From: Oopsacas minuta
Taxonomy: Eukaryota > Animalia > Porifera
Reading direction: 5' to 3'
Assembly: GCA_024704765.1 (NCBI GenBank)
Contig: JAKMXF010000083.1
Location: 1 to 45,960 of the forward strand
Length of the DNA stretch: 45,960 nucleotides
This document shows positions 37,026 through 45,960 of this stretch, piece by piece. Position numbers and translations under genes: made by a program. The notes beneath the pieces are model-generated. The model was not told the origin of the DNA, did not search any database, and saw only the letters and a program-made list of their open reading frames with translations. Each line of letters starts with the position of its first letter. The first letter of the stretch is position 1.

Positions 37026-39220
37026 AAGGCACAGACTGTTGGCCCCAAAGAAATCTCATGTCATTTGTTGGGATATTTACATAATTTTTAAGTCATATAT
37101 ACTTTTATAGCCTATTTGACCAAACATAAAAATCAATTCATCCTGATTGATCTGGGTGTGGTCAAATTACAAATACGAATAATTAGAAACTGTAGCCATA
37201 GCTCTTGTGAGTTTAAGAACACTGATCAAGAAACAAAATTCAATGCTCCTACATGTTGTGCCAATATCTATTTCCGAGTTTGGATTTGTTGAGCTAGTTT
37301 TCAGATGGGTTAGCTGAATTTTGGGAACAATTGTTGTTGACGATAATTAGTTAGCTGACTTTTGATTTCTGTCAAGAGATTTCTATCGAATCAACCTCAA
37401 ACCTAAAACATCCTTTAGAAATACTAGAAAGAAAGGGTAAGTTAACTCACAAATCCTGAAATCTGGTAATCAGAAAATTCATATTCTCTTCAGTATTTGA
37501 TATCATACTCAGCAATGGCGAATCCAAGGGTGGGCAAGGGTGGGCAAATGCCCACCCTGGCAAAATTGATTCCTACCCTTGCAATAACGACTAAGTCCTG
37601 TCACAAAAATTGTCCTCAATTTGGTATCTTAATTCAAATACTATGATATTATTAGATAACAACTATATTACAGTTGATGCTGCATAAATGTTAGTAAAAT
37701 TGATCCGACAGTAAAGTCATAGCATGTAAAACTTGCCAAATGTTACAAGATGGGATTGCTTTTACCATCGGATCAACCGAATCAACCGAATCATTTGAGT
37801 CGTGGAGGGCTGATAATCCTGACTACGTAAATGATAATATATACTTATAATCATCTATCAATTCTTTGGTTTCGTTTCTATTGTGAATCCACATAGATAT
37901 AAGATATAATATAATGCACAAATAATGATATAAATTATTGTATTACTGTTATTAAACATTAAGCAGGACAATAGTTTTGAATAGAAAAGAGTAAACAATT
38001 TGAAAACACATTATCGCTTGACTATTATGAAATTTAGATACAACAAGTACATCAAAATATCCTGAAATACTCATTGATGGCAGCATCCAGATAAGCCCGG
38101 GGACACCTATGCATCATCCACACAGGTAACCCAATAGAAGAAATGCTAGTCACCCCACTGAAAAAGTTAATACTTGGTTGCAGTCTAAATGTTGATTATA
38201 CGTACAACGAAACTGAAAATTTGCGTGTTTAATATTCGTAGAATAAATGGAAAGGTTAGAGGGACTGTTAGGGGATATAGCTATAGGCATATATAGGGAG
38301 CAACCGAAATACCAGGTTCCTTGAAACTATCATCACTCTAGAAACTTTTCAATACATACTATAACTCACAAAGTATTGTATTACATTACTCAGCTATATA
38401 TACTCAGAATAATATGTATACTAATTAATTTTTACTGTGCAAATTATATAAGCATAGTGACACAGTTCTAAAATGGTTGACTTTCTAAGTCGGTAGGTAT
38501 TTATATGTTCTCTCTTCTGTTCAAACCTTGGAGATTAAGACTCCAAATATGGCAAGTATACTCGAGTGACATCTAGTTGTGCACCTGACATTTTAAAATT
38601 TCTGATGTATTCCCACACCTTGTAAGTGATTAATCATATTTCCATAAATTTCTATGTAAAATTCAAATAAATGCTAGAGATTAGATTTCAACATGTTATC
38701 ATGGGGTTAACAGACATATAGGCGTAATCATACTAATCAAGTACGCTGAATCCGAATTTCGCATTTCAATTTTATCATATGTAAATGTATTGTCGTTCTG
38801 TAAATATAAAGTAAACAAATAATTGAATTTCAATATATAAGTGGATACTTGCTCTTCACGGCTATACAGAGGTATTTGAGTACGCTGAATCTTTTTGCAT
38901 TTTCAAGATTCATATGTTTAAATACTAAGTTGTTTAATAAGTCTTTCAATGAAGACGTAGTACATAGATTATGTATTTATAAAACGTATTATATGTTCAA
39001 TCTACAATTTTTGGTGACGCAACTTCTATTAGGCTGATTTCTGCGATTGATATGAGATTTTAAGTATAAATCCGTCATCAAAGACTCTTGGATCGGTACT
39101 TCCATGGGTCGGGATTCCTCTGATCCTGCTTCTTTCTGAAAGAAACATACTCATTACATGCATGAAGTGGGACTAGTAATTGGAAGCACTATGTGTATTG
39201 GGGTAAAACTTAACTTGTAT

Positions 39221-39284
39221 AGTGCCTCCAATTACTAGTGCACTTATCACAAATTTCATTTATAGGCTAAGCCGTCGGCACAGA
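39221..39284. repeat. MITE family B, right half only
   Basis: TAGTGCCTCCAAT...ATAGGCTAAGCCGTCGGCACAG matches 22230-22308. Confidence 0.65.
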
Positions 39285-40251
39285 TTGAAATCTTAGATTT
39301 TTGCTCGCTACGCTCGCAGTTTATTGTAAAATTATAAACACACATTAGTAATTTGCTGAATTTTGAGATTAGTCACTGTTGTAAATTAGATATGTCATCA
39401 TCGCTAACACTATGCTGACGTCATTATTATTATTGCTAATACATCCCTTTAACATGTATTACACTTCATCAATTACGAATATTCTCTCATAAAAACGTAG
39501 TTAGGAGTTCAAGTATCCTGTGACGTCCTGTTGACTTAGCACGAATATATCATATTTTGTAATGTATGCAAACTCTCCTGTTACATCAAAATTTGAATAC
39601 TAATGTGTCAGTCCTAACAACTATTGCACTTAATCAATTGGTATTATTCTAGCTGACATCGTTAGTGAGGTATTCACATTTCAAGTTTGGTGGTTCACGA
39701 TGTCACCTAAATTGCTCCGATTTGTGTCGATAATTACTGTTTACAGATGAAATAAAAGAATATATGGTTTTCAATATATTATCCAATAATCTTGGTTTAC
39801 AAATTCCAATTCGCATATAAATATTTCTAAATACCTACCACAGTTAAATTATTCAAAGAAAATAGAGACAACAAAATCAGAACAATTAAATTCCGATTAA
39901 AAGAAATTACATATAAGTTCAAGTTTTTGAATTTTCTATAAGTTAATACAATTTCAATGGGAAATGAAATGGGCAAAGGGAAATATGAATTGTGTCAAAA
40001 TCAATAATCGCATACAGAGGTGCAAATTTTGAGTTTATAATGAACCATTTGACAAATTTTCAAGTTCGCTTTTTAAGTTTCGTATTCCCTATACAGCCCA
40101 TATATCATAAACGATGTCGGCTGTAGAAGGAATACGGACCTAAAAAACAACTTTCCATGAGTTTAATACTGTGTCAGTGAGCCTTATACTAAAATTTAGT
40201 AGGTACAGTAAAAAATGACTTTCGAAAAACGTACTCGTATATGACTACGTA

Positions 40252-41160
40252 CAAGGGTTGTTCAATAAGTAATGAGACTAATGTATCGAATTCATATTCT
40301 AGATAATACAGCACTAAGCTATTCAATATACTCTTTACTCTACTAGCATATTCTTCAGTATAAAGTTTCATTTGTATCCACTAGTTTTTTCAACTAATGG
40401 ATTTTAGCAAAGAAGGAAAACGACAAATAATTTGGAACCTGTGAAAAAAGGGGAAGACTGGATCATACATTCTTCGTGAAATGCAGAATATTTTCAGTGA
40501 TGAATGTCCTTCGAAAGCCACCATATATATGGATCGAACGTTTTGATAATGGCGATGAGGAACTCCACGATGACCCTCGCGCAGGTCGTCCGACTTCCTC
40601 AAAATCCCGCAATAATATCGAGAGGATCCAAACAATTTTGGACGAGGACAGACGAATAACCTTGCGAGAGTTAGAAGAGAGGGTAGGCATCTCAAAAGCC
40701 ACACTACACTCGATTATCACTGAAGATCTGGAAATGTCGAAGGCAACTGAGCGTTGGGTCCCAAAACTTCTTCCAAAAGAACAAAAACGCGAAAGGGTCA
40801 GAGTTAGCAAAGAATTACTTTCAAGATACAAGGCAGAAGAAGACTTTTTGGATTGTATAATAACGGCCTAACGGGGGATGAAACTTGGTTTCATTATTAT
40901 GAATCAGAGAGCAAAACTCAAACGAAGCAGTGGAAGAAACGTGATGCACCTGTACCCATCAAGGTAAAGGACGCAAAATTAGCCGGGAAGAGAATGGAAA
41001 CAGTATTTTGGGATAGGGAAGGAATTATACACCTCGACTCGTTGCCTCAGAAGACAACCATAAACAGTGATTACTACGTTGACGAATTGAAAGAATTGCG
41101 TCAAGCGATTAAACGTGAGGGGCGAGGCAAGTTGACACGTAACGTATTGCTACAACATGA
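40252..41160 (+). mobile_element. Mariner 5' half with frameshifted transposase
   Basis: TA|CAAGGGTTGTTCAATAAGTAATGAGAC left TIR; W..RF..G.EEL.DDPRAGRP, ERWVPKLL, TGDETWFHYY, NVLLQHD, interrupted at CATGA. Confidence 0.92.
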
Positions 41161-41456
41161 CACAGTGGCACACCCCCTGGAAATTGGTCAAAATTTCAAC
41201 CTGATATTTAGTTACCATTTAAAGTTTATTGGAAAGAGAAATATCCAATTACTTGAAATATCTAAAATTGTTATGATCCATCATTTAGTTTAGGAACAGC
41301 TGGAATGTGTATATGCATTACAATTTCTTGCTCAGAAATTATTCTTGAAAACCACAGACATTCATTTATATCAATGAACTTAAATTCCAGTATCTAAGCA
41401 ACTAATACATTCCAAAGACTTCATTCCATTGCATTTTCGACTACTCTCTTATTATA
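41161..41456 (+). mobile_element. Left end of the Transib-type element (TIR CACAGTGGCAC)
   Basis: Starts immediately after CATGA (41156-41160) inside the mariner HDN codons and runs to the N at 41457. Confidence 0.75.
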
Positions 41457-42993
41457 NAATTTTTACGTCCATTTTCGTCATCGATGCCAAAAAGAGTCAA
41501 ATTAGTACGGAAAAGTAACGGAAATAAGATAAATTATTAGGCCTACTATATTATTGATTGTTTAAGGATTCTAATAACATATTTAGAATAGAAATACACT
41601 AAATGTACTTGTAGCTAGGGCAAAACAAAGATCTTCCCAATTTCAAGTTGACAGACTGTAAACAATAAAATTAAATGTATTCAAGAACTCGAAAAAATAC
41701 AATTTTCAAGACTTACAAGGCGGTAAGACAGCATGTTCAAGATCCATCAAGCAAATCTAGTATTCATCCATATCCAAAATCTCCATTCAAATAATACAAT
41801 AGTGGGCCTATTCTTGACGTCAATACAGTAAAAGATTATAATTCAAAGGCTACTACAAGTCTGAAATACGCGAAATTTATCATGACAAAATTTTGATATT
41901 TCGTATGAAAACATCTTGAAATCCCATGGTAAAAATTTCGTAATAAAATATGTAATAATATACTCTTGATGGCGCTTCCAAATGGGGCATTTTGGTAACG
42001 ATTTGTCTAGTGAGGAATCTGGTGACGTATTTCGTCCTGAAAGTGTTTTAGATTTTGATTGTATGTATATTTAAATATCACTAATAAATTTGTCGTGCAG
42101 AAATGTGCCATTTTGATACTATAGGAAATAATTGGATTCCCTATGTAAATTAATTGCTATATACAGCTGTCCTTGGTCCAATTTTTCAATGGATTATCAT
42201 TGCCTTAGTGTATAGAATACTATGATTTTATAATAAAAATATATGAGAAAATATAAAACTCATAGAAATGCTAGGGTCATCACATAAATGGAGCCAAAAC
42301 GAGATTTAAAACACAGGTAGACACGTTGAGTGGATAAATAATTTATGTATCTTGAAAAACAAGAAGTAAATAGAATAAAAACATGATATAATTTTATATT
42401 AGTCAATACATAGATAAAGAGGAGAGGAATTAAGCAACTAAATTTTAGCTAAAAAGTAAATTCACCCGGATAATTATAAACATGGTATGCAAGAAGACAA
42501 GTAGAGTCGAAATCTGGTATTTTTGCCCCTAAAATGCACGGAAAATGATAGAAAAATAACCCGTTTTAGATACTAAACCATTTTACGCTTCGAGGTGAAA
42601 TTTTTGGTATTAAGGTTTATCGAATTAGTCTATATACCATAGAGACAACAAAATCAATAAGTTGAGTAATACCCAAACAATTAACATGATTTAATCATTT
42701 TGAAAAATGAAAACTCACTCTAAATCTGGAATTTTTCATCAAAGGCATGAAAAAGGGAAAGAAATAAAGATGCAAATAATCCGAAAGAAAATAAATTAAA
42801 CTTAACTTGTTAAATGATTAAGGTATCAAAAAACTAGATTATTAAAACTCGTTGGAAAAAATTTTTGTATATAATAGTATTTGGGGGAAACCAGCAATCG
42901 CAAGGAGGAGAAAAACAAAGAGAGGCAAAATTCAGGGGGCAAAAAATTAGATTTCGACTGTAAGTGTATATATATATATATATATATACTAAC

Positions 42994-43536
42994 CAAGAGA
43001 GTCTCTGAATGGTGTGAGGTAATAAGTGAATTTCCAAATGCAATTGTATCCAAAAAAGATGCATTTCGTGCAGTAAATTCTCCTTCGTATTCTAAAATTC
43101 GTTCTAGCAGTGAAGTAGCATCAGGTAAAGTGGAAGGTTCGGAATCGCCTTCGATGAGTTGTTGCATATCAGCTATCCAAGATAGTATATCAGAAGAATC
43201 ACGTAAGAATCTTTGAAACTTTTGTGATTCAGATAATGCTAGGCCTCTTTGATCTGAATTCTGACGGAGACATTCCCAACAACTTATTAGATCTGCTTGA
43301 GTCTCTAAAATAATATCTGAATATTTGTAATGATTTTCTAATAGAATGGCTGAGTCAGATTCGAGTTGTTTTACGCTCTCTTCTATTATGACCAGATCAC
43401 GAACCATAACCAAATGATGCCTCAACAGAGCTTCTGAAGTAGCTGGATCCTTCCCAACATCCTCAATCGACAAAACAATCACTTTATCAGCTATCCAAGA
43501 TTGGATCTCTTGTGTTTTATCGATATATAGATATAC
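42994..43536 (-). CDS. SPTAN1: Alpha-spectrin exon C: repeat 3 and most of repeat 4
   Basis: 543 nt, phase 0/0, CTTTAG acceptor and GTTAGT donor. VYLYIDKTQEIQSWIADK...EDVGKDPATSEALLRHH...LISCWECLR...FQRFLRDSSDILSWIADMQQLI...ATSLLER. Confidence 0.85.
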
Positions 43537-43719
43537 CTAAAGGAAAGGTAAAGGTGAATATCATATACAACCCATATGCTCTCTTGCATAAGAATACATA
43601 CAGCTTAAATCGGGTTATTCTGTATATTCGATTACACTGCCAAAACGACAAATAAACCGATTGACAAAATCCCCATCATGCTTAATACTGAAGGACAATA
43701 ATTTTTTGATAGCTAATAT

Positions 43720-44474
43720 TAGGGCATTAGACGATCCTCAATTAAAGGATCTAAATCCCGATTCCGGCTGAAATTATGATCGGCGTTCCCGATTCCGATC
43801 CAATTTAAGATCCAATTGATGATATAATTGATGATCCATTATCGAAATATAGTTGAACAATTTGAATGCTGTAGCAGGATATTTCGACTAAAAATTCGGA
43901 TATCATTATCTCCGTATTCATATATACATGGGCGGTACATCATTACAAAAAATACTACCATGTATATTTAAGTAATTCTATGTAGGTGTTTGAGCCACTC
44001 TTCTATACATAAACATAGTTAGTATACAATAACAACTTTGCTTCTATATACCGCCGAAACCGGTATTTCCTAACAGTTATTTGGAGGCAAATGTAGTTGG
44101 AAAAACAATGGAAATAGATGTAAATCCCACATGATTTAAAATCTGAGAAATACATAAAGTTAAAACAACTGATAAGCACTATTACTTGTAGATGTATTAG
44201 TGATAGTCGGAGAAGTGAAATTGTCCTGCGACAAAATACTATTGCCTCCAAAGCTGAGTTAGACAAGTGGGCAAGGAATGATCAAATTTGCTAAATCCTA
44301 ATAGTTTTGTATTAGTATTGGCCAATAAGAAATGTTTGTTGTGAAATATGATCATATTATCAAGTGCTGTACTTGAAATACTGAGGAGATTATTTTATGA
44401 GAATTAATTGCAAAACGACCCAAAAACTTTACTCGAATTTTTTGAAAATAATCGCTTCCGATCCCGATCCCGAT
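43720..44474. repeat. Family C (CGATC-rich) element, left part, apparently interrupted by the hAT at 44475
   Basis: TAGGGCATTAGACGATC start and CCCGATC/TCCGAT units at both ends of the segment. Confidence 0.5.
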
Positions 44475-45960
44475 CAGGGTTGTTTGATTTAAATCACTTC
44501 AAAAATCAACATGATGATTTTTTATTTATTTAAATTTTGACACTTCGCTAATAGTGTCATGTTTTCAGAGAACAATAGAATGGTGCTTTTGTTTTCAATA
44601 GATTGAAGCCATTACTAAATCATAGTAACGGCTACAATCTATTGAAGTCATTACTATGATGTATTGCATATAAATATGGAATCCCTTGCATGTGAATGCA
44701 TAATCATTATGACTGGACGAAAGAGTGACTGCGTTTGGAAGTATTTTGATACGAAAAAAGAAGTTGGGAAAGCAGGGTGTCGTGCAACATGCCTGAAGTG
44801 TGGGAAGGAGGTGCAAGGACTAGTTGCTAGGTTAAAGCAACAGCATAATGTGTGTGCTGAATTTATCGACTCCACTGATGATGAATTGTGTATTTTGAAT
44901 CCGGAAATCCAAGCTCTTTCCCAGAGGAAACGTAGTGTGACAGATATAAGATTAGTATCACAAGCAAAGAAACAGAAATCCGTCATGTCAAGTATGACTA
45001 ACTTTGTTGTGCAAACATCAACAACTGCAAAAGCTGCCATTGATCTCCAAATAGCACGGTTTGTTTGTGCAACTAACTCACCTTTCACTATTGTTGAACA
45101 TCCTGAATTTTTAAAGTTAATAGCAATGTTTCGTCCTGGATACCATCCTCCTAATCGACACAATGTTGGCAATTAACTACTCGATGAGCTTTATGTTGCT
45201 ATGCAATGACAGTGCAAGGAACAACATGGCGGAAAATGTATCCATGATGTTAGACGGATGGAGTAATATCCATAATAAGCCAGTTGTCTGCGTGTCAGTG
45301 ACAACATCCGATGGGGATCGTTATCTTACCGAAACGGTAGATACATCAGGCCATGCACACACTGCTGAATATCCACAAGAAGTGACCACGTCCGCTATTA
45401 TATAGACTGAACAGAGATACAGTTGTAAAGTAGGTACCTTTGCCACAGACAACGCATCAAACAGGGTCAAAATGTGGCGACAACTGACATTTGATAGTGT
45501 TACTACTGATACAAACATCATATCCTATGGTTGTTCTGCTCACTATCTTAATCTATTGGCCATAGATATTGAAATACCGGGCGTGAAAGAACACATTGTT
45601 CAGATCGTGAAATAATTTAGGAACACCCATCTCCCAGCTGCATGGTATAAATTTGCTGCCGGAAAGAAACTAGTACTACCACAAGAAGTTCGCTGGGACA
45701 CTATCGCGGATTCTCTGCAATGCTATTTGGAAAACTGGACAATAATCCTCAAAGTGTGCGAGGAACACCGCGACACTATTAACGGTACGATCGCCATGAA
45801 AGTGCAAAATATTAACATCAAGAGAAATGCTGAGGACTATCTAAAACAGATGAAGCCAATCGCTGTCGCTCTTGATAAAGTGCAGAGTGACAGTTGCAAA
45901 CTGAGTGATGCTGTTGAAGTTTGGAAAGCACTGAAGAGAGATATGGATTCATTAATGCCC
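44475..45960 (+). mobile_element. hAT transposon with BED-finger transposase pseudogene, running off the window
   Basis: Terminus CAGGGTTG at 44475; ATG 44709 MTGRKSDCVWKYF...CLKCGK, SPFTIVEHPEF, MLDGWSNI, TDNASN, GCSAHYLNLL, EVRW. In-frame stops at about 45174 and 45520-45615. Confidence 0.9.

Noticed and set aside
39030-39140. Possible orphan minus-strand exon after a TTTCTTTCAG acceptor
   Set aside because: All frames are short with no recognisable domain or donor site; spectrin B-C splice directly without it.
42826-42993. Hydrophobic tail VSIYIYIYI... of the 218-aa ORF as a transmembrane segment
   Set aside because: Intron read-through across a (TA)n microsatellite after the GTTAGT donor.
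29152-43536. Fused beta-alpha spectrin or beta-heavy spectrin read in genomic order C-B-A
   Set aside because: In that order the repeat register breaks; A-B-C gives exact phase and helix continuity and matches alpha-spectrin repeats 0-4.
1-45960. CRISPR arrays, tRNA/rRNA genes, LTRs
   Set aside because: No regularly spaced repeat-spacer units, cloverleaf/A-B box structures or LTR pairs were recognisable by eye; tRNAscan-SE/Infernal would be needed to exclude RNA genes formally.

Overview
AT-rich eukaryotic (animal-like) genomic DNA, not an operon-type locus; the taxon cannot be fixed from the sequence. There are three host genes: an intronless METTL14 (1515-3026, -); the first two exons of a spliced bacterial-type PARG (DUF2263/TIGR02452-like) gene (9063-9755 and 13323-13509, +); and three alpha-spectrin exons (29152-29777, 32318-32497, 42994-43536, all -). 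The rest is mostly degenerate DNA transposons: mariner, Tc1, several hAT clades, MULE, Chapaev, a spliced Ginger-like integrase with an OTU domain, Transib-type ends, a Helitron-like interspersed repeat, and many MITEs/foldbacks. Six isolated N bases (3619, 15353, 28079, 31024, 35429, 41457) behave like contig joins. Two independent lines of evidence say the blocks right of 28 kb are in the correct relative orientation but in reversed order: the spectrin exons lie in the reverse of their splicing order, and one mariner interrupted by a Transib-type element is split back-to-front across two blocks. A scaffolding artefact is the favoured explanation, but it needs long-read confirmation. The best biological leads are the intron-containing bacterial-type PARG, the METTL14 with a DPPL motif, an RS-rich insert and no RGG tail, the Ginger-OTU element, and the CACAGTG (RSS-heptamer-identical) Transib-type termini. 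All alignments and family calls were made by eye from recalled motifs; no database search was run.
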